Assembly: GCA_964492895.1 (NCBI GenBank)
Contig: CAZBLR010000002.1
Coordinates: 41,104 to 105,103 of the forward strand
Direction: 5' to 3'
Origin: an uncultured Zetaproteobacteria bacterium
GTDB lineage: Bacteria > Pseudomonadota > Zetaproteobacteria > Mariprofundales > Mariprofundaceae
DNA length: 64,000 nucleotides
A program made the translations under genes and the position numbers. This document shows positions 17,149 through 29,119 of the stretch, in pieces. How positions within the stretch are numbered: position 1 is the first letter of the stretch; each line of letters opens with the position of its first letter. Under the pieces are notes generated by a model, which worked only from the letters and a program-made list of their open reading frames with translations, was not told the DNA's origin and ran no database searches.

Positions 17149-19235
17149 CAAAGCCGTGAAATATCCGCAAGCGTCAGGAACAGCCCACGCAGGCGGGCCA
17201 GCATGGCCAGGCGGTTATCGCGCACCGCTTCATCCTCGCACATCACCATGACGTCGTCGAAGAACCGGTCCACCGGCTGGCGCAGGGTGGCCAGCGTGTC
17301 CAGCATCTGTTCGGGATCGGCGGCACCGATGGCGTTTTCGGCCTTGATCAGGGCGGCGAACAGGTGTTTCTCGGCATCGAGCTCGAACAGGTGCGCCTTG
17401 ACGCCGTTCTCCCCCGCCTCGGCCTTCTTCAGGATGTTGGCGATGCGCTTGTTGGCGGCGGCCACGGCCTGGCCGGTTTCGGAATCGGCGAAGCCGGTCA
17501 ACAGGCGTGCCACCGCGATCACCTGATGCAGCGGGCGCTTGGTGCTCGATGCCAGGGCCGCCTCGACGGACGAGCGGGAGCAGTCGAAGGCGCCGGCCAT
17601 GCCGAGCAGGCGCTCGAGGATGAACAGATAGACCTGCTTCTGCACGTCCACCGCGATGGAGGTGGTGATGCGCTGCTGGTTCCATTGCTTGGCCGACTGC
17701 TGCAGCAGCACCGGCAGGCCGACCGTGGCCGGATGCGTGCCGTCGGCCAGCAACCGCACCAGGGTGATGGCGGCGCGGCGCAGGCCGAACGGGTCGGCAT
17801 TGGCGCTGGGGATGCGCCCGAGATGGAAATAGCCCAGCAGCTTGTCCAGGCGCTCGGCGACGGCGATGGCCCGGGCCTCGGGGTTGCCCGGCAGGGCGTC
17901 GTCGGCGCCGGCCGGCCGGTAATGATCGGCGATGGCGGCCTGGACGGCGCCGGACTCGCCGCTCTGGGCGGCATAGATCGCGCCCATATAGCCCTGCAGC
18001 TCCGGGAACTCGGCCACGACGCCGGTGGTCAGGTCGGACTTGCACAGATAGGCGGCGCGCTGGGTCGCCTCGGGATCGGCGCCCAGCTGGCGGGCGTTAT
18101 CGAGCACGAAGCTGCGCAGGCGCATCACCTGGTCGCCGACGGTGCCCAGGCCCTCCTGGAACACGATCTGGTTCAGGCGCTCGACCCTGGCCTCCAGGGA
18201 CTCCTGCGGGTCGCGGTCGAAATAGAAGGCGGCGTCCGCCAGGCGGGCGTTGACCACGCGGGCGTTGCCGTGGGCCACCTGCGCCTCGTCCGTCGAGGGG
18301 ATGTTCGCCACGGCGATGAAGCGGTTGGCGATGCGCCCGCTGCGCTGATCGTAGGTGATGAAGCAGCGCTGGTGCTGCTTGAGCACGATGCGGATCAGCT
18401 GCTCGGGCAGGCGCAGGTATTCCTCCTGGAACGCGCACAGCACCGGTACCGGCCATTCGGTCAGATCGGCGACCTCGTCGATCAGGCCCGCGTCGGCGTG
18501 GATCTGCAGGCCGGCCTCGGCGGCGATGCGTTCCATGGCCTCGGCGATATGCTTGCGGCGCGCCGGACGCTCCGCCATCACATACCGCTTCTCCAGCCAC
18601 GCGAAGGGATCGCGCACGTCGAGCACGCCCTGGCGGCCCAGGATGCGGTGGCCGTGGCTGGTCCTGCCGCTGGCCACCCCGGCGAACGTGAACGGGATGA
18701 CCGTGGCCCCGAGGCGGGCCACGATCCAGCGCACCGGACGGATGAAGGCATCGTCCCGGCCGTCACCGTCCTGCCAGCGCATCTGCTTCGGGGCCGGCAG
18801 CTTGTTCAGGATGCCCGGCAGGGCGTCGGCCAGGATGTCGGCGACCGGGCGGCCCGGACGGTGCACGACGGCCTTCAGGTAGCAGGCCTTGCCGTCGCCC
18901 TTGTCCTCCAGCGTGCACTCGGCCAGCGCCACGCCGGCCTTCCTGGCGAAGCCCTCGGCCGCAGGCGTGGGCCGCCCGTCGCGGTAGGCCGCGGTCTCGG
19001 GCGGGCCCCACAGCACCTCGTCGCGGTCCGGCTGGCGATCCGGGCAGGCGGACCAGTGCAGCAACAGGCGGCGCGGCGTGCAGCCCTCGCGCAGGCGCCC
19101 GACGCCGATGTCGTGGGCGGTGAACAGCGCCTCGAGCTCGGTGCGCAGGGCGGCGAGCAATGCCCCGGACACGCCGGCCGGCATCTCCTCGACGCCGATC
19201 TCGATCAACAGCGGGCGGCTCCGGGCCTTCGTCAT
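17148..19235 (-). CDS. glyS: Glycine--tRNA ligase beta subunit
   Basis: It occupies the C-terminal 695 codons of ORF 17148..20036 and starts [21 protein letters not shown]. Its ATG at 19235 overlaps the glyQ stop (ATGA). Confidence 0.95.
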   Translation of the reverse strand: MTKARSRPLLIEIGVEEMPAGVSGALLAALRTELEALFTAHDIGVGRLREGCTPRRLLLHWSACPDRQPDRDEVLWGPPETAAYRDGRPTPAAEGFARKAGVALAECTLEDKGDGKACYLKAVVHRPGRPVADILADALPGILNKLPAPKQMRWQDGDGRDDAFIRPVRWIVARLGATVIPFTFAGVASGRTSHGHRILGRQGVLDVRDPFAWLEKRYVMAERPARRKHIAEAMERIAAEAGLQIHADAGLIDEVADLTEWPVPVLCAFQEEYLRLPEQLIRIVLKQHQRCFITYDQRSGRIANRFIAVANIPSTDEAQVAHGNARVVNARLADAAFYFDRDPQESLEARVERLNQIVFQEGLGTVGDQVMRLRSFVLDNARQLGADPEATQRAAYLCKSDLTTGVVAEFPELQGYMGAIYAAQSGESGAVQAAIADHYRPAGADDALPGNPEARAIAVAERLDKLLGYFHLGRIPSANADPFGLRRAAITLVRLLADGTHPATVGLPVLLQQSAKQWNQQRITTSIAVDVQKQVYLFILERLLGMAGAFDCSRSSVEAALASSTKRPLHQVIAVARLLTGFADSETGQAVAAANKRIANILKKAEAGENGVKAHLFELDAEKHLFAALIKAENAIGAADPEQMLDTLATLRQPVDRFFDDVMVMCEDEAVRDNRLAMLARLRGLFLTLADISRL

Positions 19236-20122
19236 GGCGCCACCCCCGCATAGGCCTGGGCCACGGTGCGGGCCAGCCCCCGCACGCGTCCGATGAAGCG
19301 GGCGCGTTCGGCCACCGAGATCGCACCCCGGGCATCGAGCAGGTTGAAGGCGTGGCTGGCCTTCATGACCTCCTCGTAGGCGGGCAGCACCAGGCGGCTT
19401 TCGGTCAGGCGCCGGCATTCGGCCTCGGCGCGGTCGAACTGTTCGTGCAGCCAGGCCGTGTCGGCCGCGTCGAAGTTGTAGGCGGAGAACTCGACCTCGT
19501 TGCGGTGGAAGACCTCGCCGTATGTCACGGTGCTGCCGTCCGGGGCCTCGACCCAGACGAGGTCGAAGACGTTCTCCACGCCCTGCAGGTACATGGCCAG
19601 CCGCTCCAGACCGTAGGTGATCTCGCCGGGGGTGCGGCTCAGCTCCACGCCGCCGACCTGCTGGAAGTAGGTGAACTGCGTGATCTCCATGCCGTTCAGC
19701 CACACCTCCCAGCCCAGGCCCCAGGCACCGAGCGTGGGTGATTCCCAGTCGTCCTCGACGAAGCGGATGTCGTGCACCCTGGTGTCGATACCGATGCGCT
19801 TCAGCGAGGCCAGGTACAGATCGAGGATGTCGGCCGGCGCCGGCTTCAGGATCACCTGGAACTGGTAGTAATGCTGCAGGCGGTTCGGGTTCTCGCCGTA
19901 GCGGCCGTCGGTCGGGCGGCGACAGGGCTGCACATAGGCGGTGCGCCAGTCCTTGTCGTCCAGCACGCGCAGGAAGGTGGCCGGGTGGAAGGTGCCGGCG
20001 CCCATGGCGCAGTCGTACGGCTGCTGGACCACGCATCCCTGTTCGGCCCAGAAGCGCTGCAGGGTCAGGATCAGTTCTTGGAATGTCACGCGCGTGTTAC
20101 TCCCCGACGATAGGCTCGCCAT
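19232..20122 (-). CDS. glyQ: Glycine--tRNA ligase alpha subunit
   Basis: The 296-aa product shows [41 protein letters not shown] and [21 protein letters not shown]. Confidence 0.95.
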   Translation of the reverse strand: MASLSSGSNTRVTFQELILTLQRFWAEQGCVVQQPYDCAMGAGTFHPATFLRVLDDKDWRTAYVQPCRRPTDGRYGENPNRLQHYYQFQVILKPAPADILDLYLASLKRIGIDTRVHDIRFVEDDWESPTLGAWGLGWEVWLNGMEITQFTYFQQVGGVELSRTPGEITYGLERLAMYLQGVENVFDLVWVEAPDGSTVTYGEVFHRNEVEFSAYNFDAADTAWLHEQFDRAEAECRRLTESRLVLPAYEEVMKASHAFNLLDARGAISVAERARFIGRVRGLARTVAQAYAGVAP

Positions 20123-20264
20123 AGCCTAGCGTTACCCCGCATGGCCTGCCAGTTCAAACGGCATGCGAATATGGTATAAACGGCCGCTGAGGGCGGGTGA
20201 CCGCCGTCACGGAGGCCGGAATCGGTGCCTTTACGGTCCGTTCACGGTGACAGGAGAAGGACGT

Positions 20265-20726
20265 ATGTCGGTCGATTTCGCATGGATGGAGCAGCGCATT
20301 CTGGGCAGAAGCCTCAGCGATCACGAGAAGGGACTGCTCGCCATCATGATCACGGAGCTGCACCTGCAGGCCGGCGAGGCCGTCTGCATCGAGCCGGGAC
20401 ACGGCGGCACCCTGTACCTGCTGCGCTCCGGCGAGGCCGAGGTGCTGCTGGAATGGGGCGATGAATGCCTGCGCGTGCCGCGGATCAGCGAGGGCGCCCA
20501 GCTCGGGGATATGGCCTCGCTGCTCGATGGCGCGACCTGCGCCACCCTGATCGCCCGCGACGACTGCGTGGCCTACCGCATCCGTCGCCGGGCCTTCGAC
20601 GCCCTGCTCGCCTGCCGTCAGCCCCTGGCCTGCGATATCGCCTACGGCGTGCTCGCCCGTACCGCCCGCGCCATCCGCGAGTTGCACATGCGCCGTGCCG
20701 GCCGGTTGCCGGACACGTGGGCCTGA
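20265..20726 (+). CDS. Stand-alone cyclic-nucleotide-binding-like domain protein (about 153 aa)
   Basis: It lies within ORF 20163..20726. The ATG at 20265 follows an AGGAGAAGG SD. It has a beta-barrel pattern (GEAVCIEPGHGGTLYLLRSGEAEV...EGAQLGDMASLLDG) with no fused output domain. Confidence 0.65.
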   Translation: MSVDFAWMEQRILGRSLSDHEKGLLAIMITELHLQAGEAVCIEPGHGGTLYLLRSGEAEVLLEWGDECLRVPRISEGAQLGDMASLLDGATCATLIARDDCVAYRIRRRAFDALLACRQPLACDIAYGVLARTARAIRELHMRRAGRLPDTWA

Positions 20727-20784
20727 GCCGTCCGTCCGGCGGCGTTTGCGTCACGCCCGACCGGCAATTATCCTCCCTTGTTCG

Positions 20785-22155
<1,371 letters not shown>

Positions 22156-22179
22156 TCCTTCATCCCCTTTGATCCTGTT

Positions 22180-23136
22180 ATGAGCGTGCATCTTTCGCTG
22201 AGCGAGCTGACGCCGGATGCCCTGCGCATCCTGACCGGCACCGACAACCGCATCCTGCGTCGCATCGAGACGCATTTCGACGTGCATGTGCTCGGGCATG
22301 TCGGCGACTGGCAGGTCGAGGGCGCGCGCGCCGAGGCGGCCGCCGACGTGCTGCTGCGCCTGGCTGCCAAGGCCGCGCACGGGGCCCTGGACGACATGGA
22401 TGTCGAGGCCATGCTGCGTTCCGGGGACGAGGAGATCGAGGCGGGCGACGACAGCACGGTGCTGGTCGCCGGCCGCCGGCACGTGCGCGGCAAGACGGCG
22501 AACCAGCGCCGGTATCTGGAGGTGATCGGCAAGCGCGTGCTGACCATCGCCATCGGCCCGGCCGGCTCCGGCAAGACCTATCTGGCGGTGGCGGCGGCGG
22601 TGGCGGCACTGAACGGGCATCAGGTCGAGCGCATCATCCTGACCCGGCCGGCCGTGGAGGCCGGGGAGCGCCTGGGCTTCCTGCCGGGCGATCTGCAGCA
22701 GAAGGTCGATCCGTACCTGCGGCCGCTGTTCGATGCCCTGTCCGACATGCTCGGCGTGGAGAAGATGAACGCGCTGATGGAGGGCGGGCGCATCGAGGTG
22801 GCGCCGCTGGCCTATATGCGCGGGCGCACGCTGAACGATGCCTTCATCATTCTCGACGAGGCGCAGAACACCACGCAGGCCCAGATGAAGATGTTCCTGA
22901 CCCGTCTGGGTTTCGGCTCGAAGATGGTGGTGACCGGCGACGTGACGCAGATCGATCTCGAGCACAAGCGCGGCAGCGGCCTGGCCCATGCCCTGAAGGT
23001 GCTGGACGGCGTGGCCGACATCGGCATCTGCCGCCTGACCGGCCGCGACGTGGTGCGCCACCGGCTGGTCGAGCGCATCGTCACGGCCTATGAGGATGCC
23101 GAGGGCAAGGCGGGCGACAAGGATATCCCGGCATGA
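22180..23136 (+). CDS. ybeZ: PhoH family ATPase (YbeZ-like)
   Basis: The 318-aa product has Walker [13 protein letters not shown] and the block [20 protein letters not shown]. It shows conserved synteny with miaB and ybeY. Confidence 0.9.
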   Translation: MSVHLSLSELTPDALRILTGTDNRILRRIETHFDVHVLGHVGDWQVEGARAEAAADVLLRLAAKAAHGALDDMDVEAMLRSGDEEIEAGDDSTVLVAGRRHVRGKTANQRRYLEVIGKRVLTIAIGPAGSGKTYLAVAAAVAALNGHQVERIILTRPAVEAGERLGFLPGDLQQKVDPYLRPLFDALSDMLGVEKMNALMEGGRIEVAPLAYMRGRTLNDAFIILDEAQNTTQAQMKMFLTRLGFGSKMVVTGDVTQIDLEHKRGSGLAHALKVLDGVADIGICRLTGRDVVRHRLVERIVTAYEDAEGKAGDKDIPA

Positions 23137-23618
23137 TCGACGTCGTCGTCGATGCGGGCGTGGACATGGGCCGGATGCCGGATGCGGTGCGGGTGGCGGA
23201 TGCGGTGCGTGCGGGCTGCGCCGTGGCCGGGGCATCCGCTGCAGACCCCGATCTGTGTGTCCGCTTTGCCGATGACGCTGCCGTACGCGAGCTGAACCGC
23301 GACTGGCGCGCCAGGGACAGCGTCACGGACGTGCTGTCCTTCCCGATGCAGGAGGGCGATATCGATGCCGCGGCATACCTCGGGGACATCGTCCTGGCCG
23401 TGCCGTATGTCGGGCGGGAGGCGGCGCGGCTGGCGCTGGCGCCTGCGGATCATGCGCTGCACCTGATCGTGCACGGCGTGCTGCATCTTCTGGGCTTTGA
23501 TCACGAGGACGATGCCGAGGCCGAACGCATGCAGGCGCTGGAGCGGCAGGCGCTGGCCCGGCTGGGATTGCACGATCCCTACCCGGGAACGGCGGAAGAG
23601 AGGGCACATGTGGGATAA
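23133..23618 (+). CDS. ybeY: rRNA maturation RNase YbeY
   Basis: The 161-aa product carries the zinc motif [11 protein letters not shown]. An ATGA overlap joins it to ybeZ. Confidence 0.9.
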   Translation: MIDVVVDAGVDMGRMPDAVRVADAVRAGCAVAGASAADPDLCVRFADDAAVRELNRDWRARDSVTDVLSFPMQEGDIDAAAYLGDIVLAVPYVGREAARLALAPADHALHLIVHGVLHLLGFDHEDDAEAERMQALERQALARLGLHDPYPGTAEERAHVG

Positions 23619-24411
23619 GTGGCGCGAACGCCTGCGCAGCAGGATGCTGACCCGGCTGCGTCCCGGGCGCGACGAGGCGGAGCTGATGGCGCTGATCGAG
23701 CGCTCCGATGCGGTGCATTCGGATGAGCATCGCCAGATGCTTCAGCGCCTGGTCGGCTTTCAGGACATCCGCGTGCGGGAGATCATGGTGCCGCGCTCGT
23801 CCATCGATGCGGTCGAGCTGGGCATGTCGCTGGACAAGGTCGAGGAGAAGTTCGTCGAGAGCGAGGCCAGCCGGATGCCGGTGATGGCCGAGGACCTGGA
23901 CCATATCGAGGGCGTGGTCGAACTGTGGGATGTGTTCTCGGCGCGCGTGCGCCACAAGAAGCCGACGCTGGCGGAGATCATGCGCCCGTGCCTGAAGGTG
24001 TCCGAGCTGCAGCAGATCTCCGGCGTGCTTTCGGAAATGCGCGCCTCGTCGCACCGCCTGGCCATCGTCATCGACGAGTACGGCGGCACCGCGGGGCTGG
24101 TGGCGATGTCGGACCTGCTCGAGGAGATCGTCGGCCCGATGGACGAACAGGAGAATGACCCTGAGCTGGTGCGCATGCCGGACGGCGGTTACCTCGTGCA
24201 GGCGCTGATGCATATCGAGGATCTGGAGAACCTGCTGGGCCGGGAGTTCCCCGAAGGGGATTACGATACGGTGGGCGGGCTGATCGTCACCAGCCTCGGC
24301 CGCATCCCGGCCGCCAACGAGCGGGTCGAGGTCGAGGGCATGGATATCAAGATTCTCGAGGCCGATCCGCGCCGGGTCTTACGCATCCGCATCGAACCAC
24401 TCCCGGCATAG
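23608..24411 (+). CDS. corC: CBS-pair/CorC_HlyC domain magnesium-cobalt efflux-associated protein (YbeX/CorC-like)
   Basis: It lies within ORF 23497..24411 and starts MWDKWRERL at 23608. CBS pairs (IMVPRSSIDAV, RLAIVIDEYGGTAGLV) and a C-terminal transporter-associated domain are present. Confidence 0.85.
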   Translation: MWDKWRERLRSRMLTRLRPGRDEAELMALIERSDAVHSDEHRQMLQRLVGFQDIRVREIMVPRSSIDAVELGMSLDKVEEKFVESEASRMPVMAEDLDHIEGVVELWDVFSARVRHKKPTLAEIMRPCLKVSELQQISGVLSEMRASSHRLAIVIDEYGGTAGLVAMSDLLEEIVGPMDEQENDPELVRMPDGGYLVQALMHIEDLENLLGREFPEGDYDTVGGLIVTSLGRIPAANERVEVEGMDIKILEADPRRVLRIRIEPLPA

Positions 24412-24418
24412 GCCGACC

Positions 24419-25897
24419 ATGGCATTGATGTTCCATCGACGCAGCCGCAAGGCCGGCCCCCTGATCCTGGGCTTCGCCCTGGGGGCGCTGATGCCGTTCG
24501 CATATGCGCCCTACGGCCATGCCTGGCTAGGGGTGCTGGCACTGTCGGGCTGGCTGGCGCTGGCCAGGCGCGGCCATGCCGGATGGATCGGGCTGGCCTT
24601 CGGCCTCGGCTGGTTCGGCACCGGTGCCTGGTGGCTGGCGCCCACCTTCCATCTCTACGGCGGGCTGCCGTATGCCGTGGCAGCCTTGTGCGTGCTGCTC
24701 GTGGGCCTGGCGCTGGGCGCCTTCCCGGCCCTGTGGATGTGGGCGACGCAGGCCCTGACGAAACGGGACGCCTGGCTGCTGGTGACGTTCCCGGTGCTGG
24801 CGGTCGGCGAGGAATGGTTGCGCGGTCACCTGTTCACCGGGCTGCCGTGGACGGCACTGGGCGACCTGGTGCTGGGCACCCCGGGCGTGGGCTGGGCGGC
24901 CTGGGTGGGCGTGTACGGCGTGACCCTGCTGCCGGCGCTGGCGGCGGCGGCGCTGGCGCTGATCTGGCGGGGGGCGTACCGCTGGGGAGGGATCGGGCTG
25001 CTGGTGGTGCTGGCGCTGGGGCTGCTTGCCCCGAAGCCCTATGCCGCCGACGGGCCCGAGAGACAGGCGGCGCTGGTGCAGGCGAACATCCCGCAGGACG
25101 AGAAGTGGGATGCGGCCTTCGTCAACAGCATCATGCAGCGTTATGCGCAGTTGTCGGCGCTGGCGGCGGCGGGGCATCCCGATCTGATCATCTGGCCGGA
25201 GGCGGCGGTGCCGTTCTTCCTGTCGCGGGCGCCGGACTGGAACGCCTGGCTGCAGACGCAGATCCGGGCATGGAACGCGCCGCTGGTGTTCGGCGGCCTG
25301 AAGCTGATGAAGGACGGGGAGCACGGCGAGAACGGCGTGTTCCTGGCCATGCCGGATGGCGCCCGCAGCTTCGTCGGCAAGCAGCATCTGGTGCCGTTCG
25401 GCGAATACGTGCCGTCCTGGCTGCCGTTCCTGCATGCGCTGGTGCCGTCGATCGCCGAATGGACCCCCGGGACCGGCACGGGGGTGCTGCGCGGCCCGCG
25501 CGGCCCGCTGGGCATCCTCGTCTGCTACGAGTCGATCTTTCCGGAGCAGGCGCGGGAACGGGTGCGCTCGGGTGCGGACGTGCTGATCAACGTGACCAAC
25601 GACGCCTGGTACGGCCATAGCCCGGCCGCCTGGCAGTCGATGCAGGCGGCGCGCATGCGCGCCGTGGAAACCGGGCGCTACGTGCTCCGGGCGGCGAATA
25701 CCGGCGTCTCCGTGATCATCGCGCCCGACGGGCGGATCACGGCCACCCGCCCCTGGTGGACGGAGGGGCTGGTTCGGGGTACATATCGTGTGTCGGACCG
25801 CATCACGCCGTACGTGCGCTGGGGCGATAAGCCCTTGCTGGCCGGATTCGTGTTTCTGGCGCTGGCCGTGTGGTTCGATCGCAGGAGGAAGCACTAA
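24419..25897 (+). CDS. lnt: Apolipoprotein N-acyltransferase
   Basis: The 492-aa product has a multi-TM N-terminus and a nitrilase-like domain with catalytic Cys in ILVCYESIFPE. Confidence 0.9.
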   Translation: MALMFHRRSRKAGPLILGFALGALMPFAYAPYGHAWLGVLALSGWLALARRGHAGWIGLAFGLGWFGTGAWWLAPTFHLYGGLPYAVAALCVLLVGLALGAFPALWMWATQALTKRDAWLLVTFPVLAVGEEWLRGHLFTGLPWTALGDLVLGTPGVGWAAWVGVYGVTLLPALAAAALALIWRGAYRWGGIGLLVVLALGLLAPKPYAADGPERQAALVQANIPQDEKWDAAFVNSIMQRYAQLSALAAAGHPDLIIWPEAAVPFFLSRAPDWNAWLQTQIRAWNAPLVFGGLKLMKDGEHGENGVFLAMPDGARSFVGKQHLVPFGEYVPSWLPFLHALVPSIAEWTPGTGTGVLRGPRGPLGILVCYESIFPEQARERVRSGADVLINVTNDAWYGHSPAAWQSMQAARMRAVETGRYVLRAANTGVSVIIAPDGRITATRPWWTEGLVRGTYRVSDRITPYVRWGDKPLLAGFVFLALAVWFDRRRKH

Positions 25898-25898
25898 G

Positions 25899-26879
25899 AT
25901 GCCGGTTTGTGTGATTGGTGCGGGTTCCTGGGGGACGGCCCTGGCGACGGCCCTGGCGCGCGGCGGCCGCGATGTGCGCCTCGTGGCGCATACGGCGGAA
26001 AAGGCGGCCGCGATGCAGCAGGCGCGGGAGAATGCGCGCTACCTGCCGGGCATCGGCTTTCCGGAGGGGCTGCAGGTCACGGCTGATGCCGCCGCGGTGC
26101 TGCCGCGGGCGCGGGCCGTGATCGTGGCCACGCCCAGCGCCGCGGCCGAAGCGGTGCTGCCGCTGGTGGCCGAGCGTGCGCATGCACCGGTGATCGGTGC
26201 CTTCAAGGGCCTGCATCCGGTGACGCTGGAGCGCAGCGACGAGGTGCTGTGCCGCTATCTCGGGCGGGAACGCGTGGCCCTGCTTTCCGGTCCGTCGTTC
26301 GCCGAGGAAGTGGCCCGTGGCATGCCCACCGGCGTGACGCTGGCGGCCTATGACCTGGAGCTGGCGCATCACGTGGCCACGTTGTTCGACGGCACGAATT
26401 TCCGTATCTACACCTCCTCGGACATGGTCGGCGTGGCCATCGGCGGCGCCTTGAAGAACGTCATCGCCATCGCCGCGGGCTCGGCCGAGGGTCTGCATCT
26501 CGGACACAACTCGGTGGCGGCCCTGATCACGCGCGGCATCGTCGAGATCTCCCGCCTGGCCGTGGTCTGCGGCGGTGCCGAGGAGACCCTGCGCGGGTTG
26601 TCCGGCTTGGGGGATCTGGTACTGACCTGCACCGGGGCGCTGTCGCGCAACCGGCGGCTCGGCATGGCCCTGGCCCGGGGCAAGCCGCTGGACCAGGCCT
26701 TGCAGGAGATCGGGCAGGTGGTCGAGGGCGTGCGCACGGCCGCCGCGGCGCTCAGGCTGGCGGCCAAGCATGGTGTGGAGCTGCCGATCACCGAGGCGGT
26801 GCAGGCGGTGCTCACCGGCAACATGCGCCCGGACGAGGCCGCTTTCGAGCTGATGGCGCGGCCGATCAAGGACGAATAG
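25899..26879 (+). CDS. gpsA: NAD(P)H-dependent glycerol-3-phosphate dehydrogenase
   Basis: It lies within ORF 25788..26879. It starts MPVCVIGAGSWGTALA (Rossmann fold) and shows GALKNVIAIAAG. The ATG is at 25899. Confidence 0.9.
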   Translation: MPVCVIGAGSWGTALATALARGGRDVRLVAHTAEKAAAMQQARENARYLPGIGFPEGLQVTADAAAVLPRARAVIVATPSAAAEAVLPLVAERAHAPVIGAFKGLHPVTLERSDEVLCRYLGRERVALLSGPSFAEEVARGMPTGVTLAAYDLELAHHVATLFDGTNFRIYTSSDMVGVAIGGALKNVIAIAAGSAEGLHLGHNSVAALITRGIVEISRLAVVCGGAEETLRGLSGLGDLVLTCTGALSRNRRLGMALARGKPLDQALQEIGQVVEGVRTAAAALRLAAKHGVELPITEAVQAVLTGNMRPDEAAFELMARPIKDE

Positions 26880-26888
26880 GGGCGACGC

Positions 26889-27416
26889 ATGGCCGCCGAC
26901 GGTGATCCGGAGGACGATCTCTTCGCCAAGGCCATGCGGGGCGTGCGCCCGGTGCGCAAGCGCGCCCGCATCGTTCCCGCGTCGCCGGCACCGGCCACAC
27001 GGCCGGCGTCTCCTCAGCCCGACAGGATTCCGGTACCGCCGTCCGATTCCGCCCATGCGCCGGTCACCGGCGAGGCGCCGTGGACGCTGTTCGCCAGCGG
27101 CGTATCGCGGGAACGCCTGCGCCGCCTCGCGGGCGAGCCGGTGGAATCCGAAATCGATCTGCATGGCCACACGCGCGACGAGGCGTTGCGGGCCCTGGAA
27201 GCCGCGATCATGGCGGCGCTGGCGGGCGGGCAGCGTACGCTGTGCATCGTGCATGGCCGGGGCCTGCATTCGCAGGGAAACCCGGTACTGAAGCAGGCGG
27301 TGTTCCAGTGGCTGCGCGAGGGGCCCTGCGCCGGTCTCGTGCTGGCGGCGGTGCCCCGGAACGGCAGCGGCGGCGGCGCCTCGACGGTCCTGCTCAGGCG
27401 GCAGGGACGACGTTGA
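26889..27416 (+). CDS. Smr domain-containing protein
   Basis: The 175-aa product has a C-terminal Smr domain (IDLHGHTRDEALRALE...LCIVHGRGLHS). Confidence 0.75.
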   Translation: MAADGDPEDDLFAKAMRGVRPVRKRARIVPASPAPATRPASPQPDRIPVPPSDSAHAPVTGEAPWTLFASGVSRERLRRLAGEPVESEIDLHGHTRDEALRALEAAIMAALAGGQRTLCIVHGRGLHSQGNPVLKQAVFQWLREGPCAGLVLAAVPRNGSGGGASTVLLRRQGRR

Positions 27417-27419
27417 TCC

Positions 27420-27437
27420 GGGCCTGGTAACAGGCCC
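27420..27437. terminator. GC-rich hairpin between convergent genes (possible bidirectional terminator)
   Basis: The stem is GGGCCTG/CAGGCCC (7 bp) with loop GTAA. It lies between the Smr stop (27416) and the Yip1-like stop (27437). No U-tract is present on either strand. Confidence 0.3.
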
Positions 27438-28012
27438 TAGAAAAGCCGTTCGACCGGCGGTTGCGGCGCCTGCGCCAGGTAGACGCCGAGCAGGATGGCC
27501 AGCACGGCCCCGGAAACGAGCAGCACGATCAGCGGCACGAAGATGATCATCAGCGCCTTGCCGCCGCTGACGCCGGCATAGGCGGTCAGCCCCTTCCATT
27601 CCAGGTAGATGCTCCACACGCCCATGACGACGTTGACCAGCGGCACCCAGCTGAACAGGCTCGGGATATTGCTGTAGGCGTAAAGCTGGAACGCGTCCAT
27701 GGTGCTCAGCTGGCCGCTGGTGAAACGGTGCACCGCCCAGCTCAGATACCAGGCCCAGAGCCAGGCGGCGGCCAGGGCGAACGGGATGGCGACGAGCAGC
27801 ATCACGGGCATCAGGTGCAGGCCGAGCCCTCCCGTGAACAGGATGCCGAGCAGGATGGGCAGGGCCAGCATCAGGATCAGCAGGATCACGCCCTCCTTGT
27901 AGGAGGTGGCCTGCGGCATCTGCCGGAAGAATTCGGTGGGGCGGGTGAAGACGTCCCGGACGGCACCGGCCAGCGAGCCCAGGAAATCGGTGGTCGAAAA
28001 ATACGTGGCCAT
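27437..28012 (-). CDS. Yip1-domain-like integral membrane protein
   Basis: This is ORF 27437..28084. The ATG at 28012 was preferred because a GGGGAGAA SD lies 5 nt upstream. Five predicted TM helices are present, and the family assignment was made by eye. Confidence 0.6.
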   Translation of the reverse strand: MATYFSTTDFLGSLAGAVRDVFTRPTEFFRQMPQATSYKEGVILLILMLALPILLGILFTGGLGLHLMPVMLLVAIPFALAAAWLWAWYLSWAVHRFTSGQLSTMDAFQLYAYSNIPSLFSWVPLVNVVMGVWSIYLEWKGLTAYAGVSGGKALMIIFVPLIVLLVSGAVLAILLGVYLAQAPQPPVERLF

Positions 28013-28071
28013 GATCGTTCTCCCCATATTGCCGCTGGCGAAAGGCGTCGGCAGCTGGCTATAATCAAAGC

Positions 28072-28482
28072 ATGAAAATTTCACTGCTGCCAGCCCTGTT
28101 TGCCGTCATGGCGTTCCTGTCCCCCATTTCGGTCCCGTCGGCCATTGCCGCCGAGCCGGAGGCGCTGCCGCCGCCGTCGCATGCGGATGGCGATGTGCCT
28201 GATGCGGCCGTGGGGTCGGACGACAGGACGGGCATGCAGAAGGAGTTGACACCGCCTGCGCCGCAGCAGGGGGTGCAGGTCCGTTCCTATCAGCGCTCGG
28301 ACGGCACCGGCATCACCGAATACTCCATGCATGGCAAGGTCTACATGGTCAAGGTGCAGCCGCCGGGCGGCATGCCCGCCTATATCCTGTACGACAGCAA
28401 CGGTGACGGCCGTTTCGACCGCCGCCTTCCCGGGAACTACAAACGCCTGTCGCCGCCGGCATGGGTCATTAAGCGTTTTTGA
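28072..28482 (+). CDS. Secreted DUF2782-like protein
   Basis: The 136-aa product has a signal peptide (AFLSPISVPSAIAA). The C-terminal block is ITEYSMHGKVYMVKVQPPGGMPAYILYDSNGDGRFD. Confidence 0.55.
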   Translation: MKISLLPALFAVMAFLSPISVPSAIAAEPEALPPPSHADGDVPDAAVGSDDRTGMQKELTPPAPQQGVQVRSYQRSDGTGITEYSMHGKVYMVKVQPPGGMPAYILYDSNGDGRFDRRLPGNYKRLSPPAWVIKRF

Positions 28483-28504
28483 CGGCATCCGGGGTGACGG
28501 AGGC

Positions 28505-29119
28505 ATGATTCCTCCCTCGCTTATCCTGATCACCGACAGCCGGCGTCTGGAGCCGGAGGCCTTCATCGGCCGGGTCGGGGCCGCGTTGCGCGGCGGTGCC
28601 GATGCGGTGCTGGTGCGCGAGAAGCAGATGGATTCGGCCCGGCTGCTCGCCTTCGCCTCCCGCCTGCGGCTGCTGACCCGGGATCACGGGGCACGACTGA
28701 TCGTGCATACGCAGGCGGATGTGGCCGTCGCCGTCGATGCCGACGGCGTACATGTGGGCGCGGCGGATATCGGGGATCTGCCCGGCATGCGCCACTGGCT
28801 GGGCGGTATGGCGATGAGCCTGTCGGCGTCGTGCCATTCGGCAGGGGAACTGGCGGATGCGGCGGCGGCCGGGGCCGATTTCGCCTTGCTGTCGCCGGTG
28901 TTCCCGACATCCAGCCATCCGGACGCCGCACAGCTGGGCGTGGCGCAATTCCGCCGGCTGGCGGACGCTGCCCCGCTGCCGGTACTGGCCCTGGGCGGGA
29001 TCACGGTGGCCAACCGGGCGTTGCTGGCCGGCTTCGGGGTCGCGGTCATCGGCGCCCTGCTCGATGCGGCCGATGCCGAGGCGGCGGCCGAGTCCTTGAG
29101 AGGATGCGATGAAGCTTGA
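28505..29119 (+). CDS. thiE: Thiamine-phosphate synthase
   Basis: It lies within ORF 28331..29119 and starts MIPPSLILITD. ThiE/TenI-like blocks are VLVREK, DGVHVG, ADFALLSPVFPT and VLALGGI. Confidence 0.8.
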   Translation: MIPPSLILITDSRRLEPEAFIGRVGAALRGGADAVLVREKQMDSARLLAFASRLRLLTRDHGARLIVHTQADVAVAVDADGVHVGAADIGDLPGMRHWLGGMAMSLSASCHSAGELADAAAAGADFALLSPVFPTSSHPDAAQLGVAQFRRLADAAPLPVLALGGITVANRALLAGFGVAVIGALLDAADAEAAAESLRGCDEA

